Assembly (NCBI GenBank): GCA_963668675.2
Contig: CAXXMB010000002.1
Coordinates: forward strand, 1,120,001 to 1,184,000
Length of the DNA: 64,000 bases
From: an uncultured Desulfatitalea sp.
GTDB taxonomy: Bacteria; Desulfobacterota; Desulfobacteria; Desulfobacterales; Desulfosarcinaceae
Direction of reading: 5' to 3'
The translations under genes and the position numbers were made by a program. Positions 9,037 to 18,583 of the stretch are shown in pieces (the stretch's first letter is position 1; each line of letters begins with the position of its first letter). The notes beneath the pieces were generated by a model. It was not told the DNA's origin. It saw only the letters and a list, made by a program, of their open reading frames with translations, and did no database searches.

Positions 9037-10426
9037 GCTCAGTACTCCTCATCTCTTGGATCACAATCCTGCGCTTTGTTGCGGAACCGGCCGACACCGA
9101 TCCGACATGGCCCGTTGCGACGGCATCCCATGCGGCCCCGCAACCCGCCGCCAGAACCGATAACGGCGCCAAGATGAGGGCCTTTTCTGCCAAAGCGGCC
9201 TGAATCGCAGGCACCCGGCGCAACGCCGCGACCACCTGGGAGGGCGCCGGCTCACCCTCTCTCATCGCATAGAGCGTCACCTCAAGAGAGGTCTCCCGGC
9301 GGCCGCAATGCAGCGTGGCCTGAAAGTTGACCGTGCCCGGCAGAGCAAAGAGCGCCTCATCGAGGCTGGCCAGGTCCAGCACGAGATCCCCGGTCAGGCA
9401 GATCGAATCGGCCAGCCGACCCTGCACCCACCCCATGCGTCTCAACGCCGAACCGCAGCGGCAGGAACCATCGATCCAAGCCGCCAGATCACCGGTGCGA
9501 TAGCGAACCAACGGCATCGTATGGCGCGTCAACGTGGTGAACACCACCTCGCCCAGCCGGCCATTGTCGACGGGCTGCTCGGTCACCGGATCGATGATTT
9601 CGAACAGCAGGTCCACCTCGCGCAGGTGATAGCCACAGTGGGCCGCACACTCCACCGCACCGCCATAGCCCATCTCTGTCATACCATAGTGTTGAAACAC
9701 CTCACACCCCCATGCCTCCTGAATCGCACTTACGATGGCGCGGGGCACATAATCCGTGCTCAGCAGCACCGACTGAATGACGCCCGGAGGAATGCGGGCA
9801 CTCTCCGGATGGCGCACCAGGGCCAGGACCTGAACCGGAATCCCCACCAAGCTGTTGATGCGCCGCTCAAGAATGGTCCGGATGGTAAGGCCCGGATCCA
9901 CGACCGGCCCGTGGACGACACCAGCCACCCCCATACGCGCCAACGCCCTGTTCAGCAGGGCACCGACGCTGTCGCGCAACTCCCCGGGCAGCAGAATGAG
10001 AACGCGCTGACCGGACCTCACCAGGGTGGCCATGCCGTGGTGAAAAAAATCGACCGTCTGCGCCAGATCCGCATCGCTGAAAAAGATGCGCTTGGGATCG
10101 CCAGTGGTCCCCGAGGTAGGCAGTGTGACCACCCGGGCCACCTCGCTTTGGGAGCCACAAACCATATCGAGGGGAGCAGTGTGAAGGGCTTCGGATGGCG
10201 TCAACGGCCAGGCAGCCAACTCATCGATGTGGCTCAATCGGGGCACGCTGCAATCTTCCCACTGCCGGCGGTAGTATGGGCTGAATCGGGCAGCATGGGC
10301 CAACGTCTCGTTGAGCCGCTCCAATTGGTAGCTCTCCAATTGATCTCGTGTGAACCGCAGGCCTGGCGCCATACCCAATCGCGCGCCGATCCAATCTTCC
10401 AATGGCGTTCTGGGGAGGGGTTTCAT
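9008..10426 (-). CDS. PaaK-like AMP-binding/CoA ligase (DVU_1553-like)
   Basis: TSGTTGDPKR, HYGMTE, GEVVFTTL, PLVRYRTGD; start MKPLPRTPL overlaps the radical SAM stop (ATGA). Confidence 0.85.
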   Translation of the reverse strand: MKPLPRTPLEDWIGARLGMAPGLRFTRDQLESYQLERLNETLAHAARFSPYYRRQWEDCSVPRLSHIDELAAWPLTPSEALHTAPLDMVCGSQSEVARVVTLPTSGTTGDPKRIFFSDADLAQTVDFFHHGMATLVRSGQRVLILLPGELRDSVGALLNRALARMGVAGVVHGPVVDPGLTIRTILERRINSLVGIPVQVLALVRHPESARIPPGVIQSVLLSTDYVPRAIVSAIQEAWGCEVFQHYGMTEMGYGGAVECAAHCGYHLREVDLLFEIIDPVTEQPVDNGRLGEVVFTTLTRHTMPLVRYRTGDLAAWIDGSCRCGSALRRMGWVQGRLADSICLTGDLVLDLASLDEALFALPGTVNFQATLHCGRRETSLEVTLYAMREGEPAPSQVVAALRRVPAIQAALAEKALILAPLSVLAAGCGAAWDAVATGHVGSVSAGSATKRRIVIQEMRSTEHDRYCRNSL

Positions 10427-11796
10427 GGCCGATAGAGGGTGCGGCCGTCGGCCGCGGTCAGGTTGTAGAGGCAAAAGGGCACCAAACGCCCGTCGGCCGC
10501 CATGACGTGGATGCAGCACTGCTGCACCCGTTCGAGGTCCAGGTTCCATACATCCTGAAACGCCATGGCCGACACCGAGAAGGTGCGGAAGCGGGCCGCA
10601 TCCAGAAAATCGTCCAAAGAGATCGGTTGGTCGGCGGCACAGCCCGCCGTCTGACCACAGGCGCAGGCCCCGGTCGCCGTTATGGGCGCTTCGTGAGACG
10701 GGGCCCTCCAGTGACGAGCCACCGAACCGATGGCGCGGGCCGCCCCCTCTTCGGCCCGGATGGGCGCCTCGGCACGCCAATCCATGGGGCCCGGGTGTAG
10801 CGGTCGCGGGCCGCCCTCCGCGGAGAGCAGGTATTGGGCATGAAAAGAGCACAGCGAGTGCTCGCACCCGGGCGGACGAAAGTGTTCGACCCGGAAGAGC
10901 CCCTCGCTTTGCCTCTCGATGGCCTGCATGAGTTCCGGCAAGGTGAGGCGATCGCGCTCCGCCGGCTCTCCCGGATGGCGGCCGAAATAGCTTACCGGCT
11001 GGAAATGGACGCCCCGCACCGTCGGATAGTGCGCCAGGGCAAAACGCAGAATATCCCCCACCGCATGGCTGTTGCGTCCCGGCACCAGGGTAGGCACCAG
11101 CACCACGCCGAGACCGGCCCGATTACACGCCTCGACAGCAGCCCTCTTCTCCGACCAGAGCCCTCGCCCGCGCAGTGAGCGATAGGCCTCATCGTCTACC
11201 CCGTCAAACTGCAAAAAAAGCGAGGCGACGCCGGCCGCCTTGAGCGTCCCGGCATAGCCCGGCTCCCGGGCCAGGCGCAGGCCGTTGGTGTTGATCTGAA
11301 TAAAACCGAACCCGGCCCTGCGCCCCATCTCCACCAGTTGGGGCAGATCGTCGCGCAGGGTCGGCTCCCCGCCGGAGAGCTGGATGTTGCACCCCACACC
11401 CGATTTGCGCAGATGACGGTACCAACCGGCGACCACATCTACCGGCGGCTCCTCTCCCTTGGGTCGGGCATCGGCATAGCAGACCAGACAGCCGAGATCG
11501 CATCGCTGGGTCACCTCCAGGATCACCGTACACGAGCGTTGGAGATGCTCGGGGCACAACCCGCAGTCGAACGGGCAGCCCCTATCGGCCTCATGGCCCA
11601 CCACCGTGGGGTGTGTGGGGATCTTGGGGCGGTGCCAACCCGCCATATCCGGCGCCCCATTCCAGATCAAGCTTTCAAACGAACCGTGGTCCGGGCACCG
11701 CTTTTCCAGGTAGACGGCTTCTCCCCGGGCTACTCTTTGGGCAGGAATGCGTTCCAGGCAAACCGGGCATAGGCTGGAGGTGTCTTGATGTTTCAA
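10423..11796 (-). CDS. trsS: Radical SAM protein, TrsS-like (Cys form)
   Basis: CDLGCLVC CxxxCxxC, QLSGGEPT, N-terminal SLCPVC/CPDHG/CPFDCGLC, PPGCEH, C-terminal CCIH...PFCLYN. Confidence 0.8.
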   Translation of the reverse strand: MKHQDTSSLCPVCLERIPAQRVARGEAVYLEKRCPDHGSFESLIWNGAPDMAGWHRPKIPTHPTVVGHEADRGCPFDCGLCPEHLQRSCTVILEVTQRCDLGCLVCYADARPKGEEPPVDVVAGWYRHLRKSGVGCNIQLSGGEPTLRDDLPQLVEMGRRAGFGFIQINTNGLRLAREPGYAGTLKAAGVASLFLQFDGVDDEAYRSLRGRGLWSEKRAAVEACNRAGLGVVLVPTLVPGRNSHAVGDILRFALAHYPTVRGVHFQPVSYFGRHPGEPAERDRLTLPELMQAIERQSEGLFRVEHFRPPGCEHSLCSFHAQYLLSAEGGPRPLHPGPMDWRAEAPIRAEEGAARAIGSVARHWRAPSHEAPITATGACACGQTAGCAADQPISLDDFLDAARFRTFSVSAMAFQDVWNLDLERVQQCCIHVMAADGRLVPFCLYNLTAADGRTLYRP

Positions 11797-11836
11797 GGCC
11801 TGATCCTACTCATCATAAAATCGGCTACCTTCCTTA

Positions 11837-11867
11837 ACTTAAAACGTTATACTTTCCACTTTAAACT
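11837..11867. repeat. Degenerate heptamer tandem repeat ACTTAAA-ACGTTAT-ACTTTCC-ACTTTAA-ACT
   Basis: AT-rich intergenic spacer inside the operon; same family as 5888-5918. Confidence 0.65.
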
Positions 11868-11899
11868 GCTTTGCTTTTGTCTTGCAGTAGAGACCGACT

Positions 11900-12340
11900 T
11901 TAACCATCCACACCATAATTCGCCAATATCTCCATTACCTTGGTATAGGTATCGCCCACAAGCTGGGCACAGGTCTGACGGGCAGCTTCCGCCCCACCCT
12001 CTCCCACAATGGCACTGCAGGTCGTATCACGATCAGATGAACCAATGCGCGCTTCGAACCAGCCGGTCAGCTCCTGAAGCATCATGGGCAACTGTTCGGA
12101 GGGCTGTGCCGGATCACTCTTATCGACGGCCTTGAAGGCCAACAGGCAGCAGCCGCCGGTAAGAGTGCCGCAGGTGGCGTGTCCCGAGCCGCAACCAAAA
12201 GCGAGGCCGGCCATGGTCCGCACCAGGTCCGGATTGGATTGCCCCTCCTCCTGCATTGCCATCAGCAGCAGAATCTGGCTGCAGCTATAGCCCTGTTGCC
12301 CCCAACGCATCATGTGAATCAAAACATCATCCATGCTCAT
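11900..12340 (-). CDS. C-GCAxxG-C-C family redox protein (DVU_1555-like)
   Basis: GYSCSQ, GLAFGCG...TCGTLTGGCC, two later Cys. Confidence 0.85.
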   Translation of the reverse strand: MSMDDVLIHMMRWGQQGYSCSQILLLMAMQEEGQSNPDLVRTMAGLAFGCGSGHATCGTLTGGCCLLAFKAVDKSDPAQPSEQLPMMLQELTGWFEARIGSSDRDTTCSAIVGEGGAEAARQTCAQLVGDTYTKVMEILANYGVDG

Positions 12341-13064
12341 CCACCCCCTTGCATGCGACCATCAAATAGTACCCCGGTCGTCCCCCACCGGCTTGTCTCT
12401 TTCCGCAGCCGCCGCCCACCGCCGACCAGAAGGCCTCAAGGGAACCGTGGGCCCAGACCAGTTTGGCAACCAGTTGGGTGAGCAGCGGGGAATGGTCTTC
12501 GAACAGAAGCACCTCGAAACCCGCCCTCTCCATGCGCTCATGCAGGGTCCGGCGACCGACGGCTCCCGCCAGGCAACTGCGCGCCAGTGCCTGAAAGAGG
12601 CGGCCATCGGCATGGCTGGACCTGTCGTAAAGATCCGACAGGATCAGGTAGCCGCCCGGTGTCAACACACGTTGCCACTCGGCCAGGGCCGCCTCCGGCG
12701 TTTTCAAAAGGGAAAGGACACATTCGCAAAAAACCGCAGAGAATCGCCGGTCCGCAATGGGAATCGCCTCAGCCCGGCCCTGGATCAGCATCAAGCGATC
12801 TGAAAGCGCGCGCCCTTCGCTCAACAGTTGCGGGGAGAGATCCAGCCCCACGGCCTCCAGGCCATGCGCCTGCCGCACATGGGTTACCGTGGCGCCACTG
12901 CCACAACCCACATCCAGCACCTGAGTCCCCGGAGAAAGCGCGCAAAAGGCCAGTGCGCGTTCGGTCAGAACCAACCCCCCCGGTCGGATGGCCGGTCCGG
13001 TGACCGTCCTTAGCGCCTTGGATTCATACAGCATTTCGGGTGGCGTCATGACAGATTCATTCAT
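12327..13064 (-). CDS. Class I SAM-dependent methyltransferase (DVU_1556-like)
   Basis: IRPGG, VLDVGCGSG, ECVLS, LTPGGYLILSD, SCLAGA; start uncertain. Confidence 0.85.
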   Translation of the reverse strand: MNESVMTPPEMLYESKALRTVTGPAIRPGGLVLTERALAFCALSPGTQVLDVGCGSGATVTHVRQAHGLEAVGLDLSPQLLSEGRALSDRLMLIQGRAEAIPIADRRFSAVFCECVLSLLKTPEAALAEWQRVLTPGGYLILSDLYDRSSHADGRLFQALARSCLAGAVGRRTLHERMERAGFEVLLFEDHSPLLTQLVAKLVWAHGSLEAFWSAVGGGCGKRQAGGGRPGYYLMVACKGVDEHG

Positions 13065-13125
13065 CGTTCCCAACCCCTCCGGCAGCCCTGCGGTTCGGTG
13101 CCTATCCATGATCGATAGGTGGATA

Positions 13126-13338
13126 TTATTTGTCCTCCAGAATCTTTTCGACTTCGGCCATCTTCCCCAAAGCCAACGCTTCAGGCACCAGCACCGAGCC
13201 GCACTGGGCACAACGGGGCATCTCGGTAGTGAAGCTGTTGTCCATATAGGTGACGGTCACCTGGCCGAGTTCGAGGGGCCGGTCGCAGGCGGCGCAGCGC
13301 CAGGACAATTCATCTGTCCAGTCGTTTTCGCTTTTCAT
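13126..13338 (-). CDS. Small CxxC-CxxC redox/zinc-ribbon protein (DVU_1557-like)
   Basis: WRCAACD...PRCAQCG...GKMAEVEKILEDK; GGAGG RBS. Confidence 0.85.
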   Translation of the reverse strand: MKSENDWTDELSWRCAACDRPLELGQVTVTYMDNSFTTEMPRCAQCGSVLVPEALALGKMAEVEKILEDK

Positions 13339-13340
13339 GG

Positions 13341-15638
13341 CTACCCCACCTCCATGCGATGGCAATAGGCGTCGAACACCTCGAACCCATCGCCTGTTGG
13401 GGCGTACTCCACCCAGAAGGTGACGTGGTGGGGCCGGCCGGACGCCTTGAATCGGCCGGTGGCGGGATGCCGAAACTTGGGGCCACCGGCTTCAGCCAGC
13501 GCAATGGTCTGCTGCAGGTCCTCGATCAATATGCGCCGCCCGTCTATGCGTGACTGCACCTCTGGTGCAATTTTGAGCGTTATGCTCCTGTGATCCGGCC
13601 CCATAGAAATTGTTTCGCCCCAGATCTTCTTGAGGAGCCGGTCCTTGAGACGGGCACGGTTCTCCCGGCGGCGCGACCAGCCGGGTCTCGGCCGATCAGC
13701 CGGATCGGGTGTCTGTGGGTCCGGAAAAATTAAATCCAACAGGTGCAGGGTTCTCTTCCCGCCGGCCGCAAGGCTGTCGCGACACATGGCACAGTAGGCC
13801 ACGAAGTCATGAGCGCTGAGAGCACCCCGTCGCCGGACCACTTCCCGCGCCATATCGGGGTTGGCGTTTTCCATCAAACCGCCGAACCCGCAGCACTCGG
13901 TCGTTCCGCGACTCAAGGGCAGCTCAGATACGGTTGCGCCAAGCCGTTCAAGCAGGCGGCGCACCGCGTCCTGAATCCCGGGCATGTCGCGCGTGGTGCA
14001 GGGATCGTGGATGGCCAGCGTGCCCTGGATGCCGCCGGCGGCACTATTGCCGGGCAACCCCACCGTTTCCAGGGTCTCCCAGATGGATTGGACCGGCACT
14101 TCGGGCCGGTTGTCGCGGAACATGCGATGGCAGGTGGAACAGGCCAAGATCAGCTCCGGCCGTCCCAGCGCATCCCATTGCTGCTCCCATTGCATCAGGG
14201 CCTCATCAAGCTTCTCCTCATGACCCGCCCAGAAGGCCGGTGCACCGCAGCACCCGAGCATCAGGCCAACGCTGCCACCCAACGAGCGATTCAAATGATC
14301 GTAGAGCGCCTCGACCTGACCGGGCGCCGAAGCACTCAGCTGGCAGCCCGGGAAAAAGAGGTGGCTGCTCTGCTCCGTGCCGGGCGCATGACGGGCCAGG
14401 GAGAAATCATCGCCCAGGCTGAAAGCCATGTCATCCAAAGCAAATTCATGAGCCGAGGGCGGCATCTTGCCCCGCGCTACCATGCTCCGACGCGCCTGCA
14501 GACAAAGCTCCTGCATGGCAAAATTCTCCGGACAGACCGATTCGCACAAAGCGCACAAGCTGCACGAGTTGATCAGCAGGTTGGCTGAACGGCTGCCCAT
14601 GACGATCGATGCGTTGTTATAGATCTCCCGGGCATACTTTCGGGGATAGGCGCCGAAGTGCTCCAGATAGGGGCACACCTTGACGCACTCCAGGCACTGG
14701 CACATCAGGCAGCGGGAAGCTTCGTCAACGGCTTCGGCTTTTGAATAGCCCCGGTCGGCATCGGCCATGGGCACGGCCGGCAGGGGGGCAACGCCCTCCA
14801 GGTTGGTATAGAGGCACGATTCGTATGGCCCTTCGCGATCACGCCCGGCGGTCATGGAGACGTTTTGTGCGAAGCGGTCGATCGCCGTGGCGGCCCAGCG
14901 GCCATGGGCGGCCTGCCATATGGTCGAGGAGCCCGCACCGCCGGCAAAGATTCCCGGCCGGCTGGTCGTATGGGATTTGGTTTCGACCCGAACCTTGCCC
15001 GACCGATCGCGCTCGAGCTCCCACTCAGACGATGCAACGGCATCCAGGCCGAGGTAGAGCGCATCGTAGCGCCGGAGGCAATCGTCCAAAAAGGATTGGC
15101 CAAGAAGGGCAGCCCCAGTCTCAAGAGAGACCCCCATATTTTCGAGTTGGGACAATTCAGCGGCAATGCACCCTGTGTTTAGAGTACGGTGTCGGTCCGC
15201 CAGAAAGGCACCCGGTGTTTCACCAGGTTCGAAGAGAGTAACACCATAACCTTTGCGCACAAGGTCCCAGGCCACGGTGAGACTGCTCAACCCGCAGCCC
15301 AGCACGGCGATCTGCTTGCCTTTGCTCGGGAGCTTCGTTACCCGATAGACGATCTCTACATGGTTGACGCAGGCCTGCTCCAGGGCGCCGATAAGAATGG
15401 CATCGCCGGCTTGGCCCCGTTTGCAGTGCACCTGGCACGGCGCGTCGCAGATACGTCCCAGAAGACCGGCCAGTGGCATGGTGCGGGCCAAGGTCTGCCA
15501 GGCCTGATCCCACCGGCCTTGCTGCAGATGGCCGATGAAGGTGCGGACGTCCACATGGATCGGACAGGCCGCTGTGCACGCCGGCGGCTCCTCCTGGATG
15601 CAGCGCTGCTCCCATTGTCTGAGCTCATTTTGATCCAT
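13341..15638 (-). CDS. GltD-like pyridine nucleotide-disulfide oxidoreductase / 4Fe-4S dicluster / CCG-domain protein (DVU_1558-like)
   Basis: CTAACP, GRICDAPC, Rossmann GCGLSSL, CLECVKVCP and CSLCALCESVCP, FFPGC, CCG twice, HDPC. Confidence 0.88.
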   Translation of the reverse strand: MDQNELRQWEQRCIQEEPPACTAACPIHVDVRTFIGHLQQGRWDQAWQTLARTMPLAGLLGRICDAPCQVHCKRGQAGDAILIGALEQACVNHVEIVYRVTKLPSKGKQIAVLGCGLSSLTVAWDLVRKGYGVTLFEPGETPGAFLADRHRTLNTGCIAAELSQLENMGVSLETGAALLGQSFLDDCLRRYDALYLGLDAVASSEWELERDRSGKVRVETKSHTTSRPGIFAGGAGSSTIWQAAHGRWAATAIDRFAQNVSMTAGRDREGPYESCLYTNLEGVAPLPAVPMADADRGYSKAEAVDEASRCLMCQCLECVKVCPYLEHFGAYPRKYAREIYNNASIVMGSRSANLLINSCSLCALCESVCPENFAMQELCLQARRSMVARGKMPPSAHEFALDDMAFSLGDDFSLARHAPGTEQSSHLFFPGCQLSASAPGQVEALYDHLNRSLGGSVGLMLGCCGAPAFWAGHEEKLDEALMQWEQQWDALGRPELILACSTCHRMFRDNRPEVPVQSIWETLETVGLPGNSAAGGIQGTLAIHDPCTTRDMPGIQDAVRRLLERLGATVSELPLSRGTTECCGFGGLMENANPDMAREVVRRRGALSAHDFVAYCAMCRDSLAAGGKRTLHLLDLIFPDPQTPDPADRPRPGWSRRRENRARLKDRLLKKIWGETISMGPDHRSITLKIAPEVQSRIDGRRILIEDLQQTIALAEAGGPKFRHPATGRFKASGRPHHVTFWVEYAPTGDGFEVFDAYCHRMEVG

Positions 15639-15733
15639 GGCATCTATGGCATTAGCTTTGGAGGTTTATTCCTGCGGTACCTGTCAATGGAGGAGAAAAC
15701 GGCCGACCTTTTATGGGGCTAGTACGAAATACG

Positions 15734-15764
15734 TTCAGCCGGGGTGTCACGCACCCCGGCTGAA
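15734..15764 (-). terminator. GC-rich stem-loop just after mop (terminator or mRNA-stabilising hairpin)
   Basis: TTCAGCCGGGGTG-tcacg-CACCCCGGCTGAA; weak U-tract. Confidence 0.55.
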
Positions 15765-15781
15765 ATGCGATCGGAACGGTT

Positions 15782-18505
15782 TTAGTTTTTCATCGCATCC
15801 AATACTTTCTCCGGCAGTGCCGGTAGATGGCGAATGCGGGCACCACAGGCGTTGTTTATGGCATTGATCACGGCCACATGGGATGAGGTCAGGGGCAGTT
15901 CGCCCACACCGGCAGCGCCGAACGGGCCGTGCTCACGGAGGGTCTCCACATAAATCAGTTCCATATCGTCCGGGATCATCTTGGCATAGGGCAGTCCACA
16001 GCCCCGCAGGCTGGTGTGCTTCTTCAGGTCCTCGAAGTCCTCGCTGAGGGCAAGGCCGATGCCCTGGGCAATGCCGCCGTACATCTGGCCGTCCACCACC
16101 AGTTTATTGTTGATGCTTCCCACGTCGGCAATGGCGGTGAATTTCTCCACGGTTGTCTTTCCGGTCTGGGTCTCGACAGCCACCTCGGCCATGAACATCC
16201 CGTACATGTATACGGAAAAGGGCTCTCCCTGGGAGGTTTGCAGATCGCAGTTGGTGCAGATCGAGGCGGTCCATTTACCCGAATAGCTCACCGGAATGTT
16301 CTCGGCCACCATCTCCGCATGGGTGCGGTAGGTGCCGTCGGATTTGCGCATGGCGGCCATCAGCATTTCGCAGCCGTTCTTGATGGCATTGCCGGTCATC
16401 ACCTGCTGTCGGCTGCCACCAGAGGGCCCGCTGTTGGGCGTCACGGCCATGTCGTTCATCACCAGCCGGATCTGATCGGGCTTGAGGCCCATCGGTTCGA
16501 AGGCCTTGTGGGCCGTTCCCAGGGCCCCCATATCGGCTCCCTGGCCATGGTCCTCCCAGCTGCTGAAAACGGTGATCGTATCGTCGGCATTGAGCTCCAC
16601 GCGGATCTCCGAGCTGTCGGCCCCGTCGAGACCGCATCCGTAAATACCCAATGCGATACCGACCCCTTTTTTAATGTCCGGGGTCGACGCCTTCCGGGCT
16701 TTGGCAAGGGCATCCTTGTAAAGGGGTTGCAGCTTCTCGACCATTTCCCCAAAGGAGAACACCTCCGGGGTCTGCCCGGTGGGGGTGGTGTCTCCAGGAC
16801 GATAGACATTTCGTGCCCGCAGCTCCAAGGGATCGACGCCCATCTTTTCAGCCAGCTCATCGATCAGGCTCTCACTGGCAAAAAAGCTCTGGGGCGATCC
16901 ATATGCCCGGAAGGCCGAACCCCAGGCGTGGTTGGTGCAGACGGTGCGTCCCATACCGCGGATGTTGGGAATGCCGTAGCCGGCACCGATAAACTGGGCG
17001 CCGCGCAGGGTCAACAGGTCGCCGAACTCGGAGTACGGTCCGTGATCGACGCTCCAATCGGTCTCCATGGCAGTGATCTTACCATCCTTGTCCGCACCCA
17101 ATTTGACCTTCATCCAGAAGGGGGAGCGTTTGCCGGTGTAGGTGATGTGCTGGTGATAGTCGTAGCGCAGATAGACCGGCCGGCCGGTGGCCACGCAGGC
17201 CACGCCCAGAAGGGCTTCCATGGTGGGGCTGAACTTGTAACCGAAAGTGCCGCCGGTTGGATTCTGGATCAGACGCATCTTTTCCACCGGGATGCCAACG
17301 CCGGCGGCAATCATAGCCGCATGCAGATGAATGGCGATACTCTTGGAATGAATGGTCAGACGCTCGTCATCGTCGAAGTAGGCGCAGCCCACGTCGGTCT
17401 CCATGGTCAGGTGGGGTTGACGCTGCAGGTAATACTCCCCCTCTGCCGTAAAGGCGGCCGACTGCATGAGCGGCTGGGTGTCGTCCCCTTTGACCACGGG
17501 CAGTTCAAAGTAGACATTGGGGGTGCCCGGATGGATTTCGATGGCATCTTCGGCCATGGCCGCCGGAGCGCTCATGTAGGCTGGCAGCTCCTCCAGGTCG
17601 ACCTTGACCTTTTCGGCTGCCCGCTTGGCCTGGTACTCGTTCTCCGCACAAACAATGGCAATGGCGTCGCCGTACTGGAAGACCTTCTCGTCGCAGAGGA
17701 TCGGCCGGTCCCAGCCGTCCCCCTTGTTGGTGGGGAATGTGATCAGGCCGGTGATACGGTTCTTACCGGTCACATCCTTGGCGGTGATCACCTTGACAAC
17801 ACCTGGCATCTTCTCGGCTTCGGAGGCGTCGATGCCCTTGATGTTGGCGTGGGACACTTTGGCCTGCACCAGGGCGAGAAAAAGGGTGTCGGCCGGCATC
17901 TTCAGTCCCAGATCGGCCCCATAGTCCAGGGTGCCGGTGACCTTGGCCACGGCCGACGGACGGGGGTAGTTGCTTCCCCAGATGGCGCCGTCTGCAGGCA
18001 TCTTGAAGAGCAGCTCTTCGGCTTTCATTTCGCCGCGCATCACCTTGGCGGCATCCATCACCGAGTCCACCAGCTGCTTGTAGCCGGTGCAGCGGCAGGC
18101 GTTGCGATGGGCCTGGAACCAGTCGCGCACATCTTCCCGGGTCGGATTGGGATTCTGGTCGAGCAGGGCCTTGACCGACACGATGAAGCCGGGGGTGCAA
18201 AAACCGCACTGGGCGCCGCCATGTACAATCCAGGCCAACTGGATGGGGTGCAGGTTGTCCGGGTTTCCGATCCCCTCCACTGTGACGACCGATGCCCCAT
18301 CGGCCACCCTTGACATCTTGGTCACGCAGGAACGGACCAGTTTGTCATCGAGGATCACGTTGCAGCAACCGCACTGACCCTGGCCGCAACCGATCTTGGT
18401 ACCGGTCAGCCCCAGCTGCTCACGCAGCACATTGGCCAGGGTCTGGTCGGCCTCGGTGACCACATCCCGGGTCATGCCATTGACGCGCAGAGTCTGTCGA
18501 ATCAT
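15782..18505 (-). CDS. mop: Molybdopterin (MCD)-dependent aldehyde oxidoreductase, Mop type, 907 aa
   Basis: Two [2Fe-2S] motifs (GCGQGQCGCC...C; QCGFCTPG...CRCTGY), GGTFGYK, AFRAYGSPQ, WEDHGQG, SGGSRQ, GVGELP. Confidence 0.95.
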   Translation of the reverse strand: MIRQTLRVNGMTRDVVTEADQTLANVLREQLGLTGTKIGCGQGQCGCCNVILDDKLVRSCVTKMSRVADGASVVTVEGIGNPDNLHPIQLAWIVHGGAQCGFCTPGFIVSVKALLDQNPNPTREDVRDWFQAHRNACRCTGYKQLVDSVMDAAKVMRGEMKAEELLFKMPADGAIWGSNYPRPSAVAKVTGTLDYGADLGLKMPADTLFLALVQAKVSHANIKGIDASEAEKMPGVVKVITAKDVTGKNRITGLITFPTNKGDGWDRPILCDEKVFQYGDAIAIVCAENEYQAKRAAEKVKVDLEELPAYMSAPAAMAEDAIEIHPGTPNVYFELPVVKGDDTQPLMQSAAFTAEGEYYLQRQPHLTMETDVGCAYFDDDERLTIHSKSIAIHLHAAMIAAGVGIPVEKMRLIQNPTGGTFGYKFSPTMEALLGVACVATGRPVYLRYDYHQHITYTGKRSPFWMKVKLGADKDGKITAMETDWSVDHGPYSEFGDLLTLRGAQFIGAGYGIPNIRGMGRTVCTNHAWGSAFRAYGSPQSFFASESLIDELAEKMGVDPLELRARNVYRPGDTTPTGQTPEVFSFGEMVEKLQPLYKDALAKARKASTPDIKKGVGIALGIYGCGLDGADSSEIRVELNADDTITVFSSWEDHGQGADMGALGTAHKAFEPMGLKPDQIRLVMNDMAVTPNSGPSGGSRQQVMTGNAIKNGCEMLMAAMRKSDGTYRTHAEMVAENIPVSYSGKWTASICTNCDLQTSQGEPFSVYMYGMFMAEVAVETQTGKTTVEKFTAIADVGSINNKLVVDGQMYGGIAQGIGLALSEDFEDLKKHTSLRGCGLPYAKMIPDDMELIYVETLREHGPFGAAGVGELPLTSSHVAVINAINNACGARIRHLPALPEKVLDAMKN

Positions 18506-18583
18506 CTCTCTATTCTCCTTTTAAGGGTGTTTTACGTTTATGGTGAACCGTTCCCGTCAACGGAATGGTGTCCTTCGCCGCCA

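Noticed and set aside
9008..10867. ORF-track N-terminal extensions (also 3486, 13211, 20708, 32054, 51569, 58940)
   Set aside because: They overlap neighbouring genes or promoters; downstream starts with RBS or translational coupling are better
15929..18313. 794-aa plus-strand ORF
   Set aside because: Antisense shadow of mop caused by GC-rich codon bias; no motifs. The same applies to 6604-7683, 8086-9177, 22159-23265, 49710-51311, 51525-53072 and 60035-61429.
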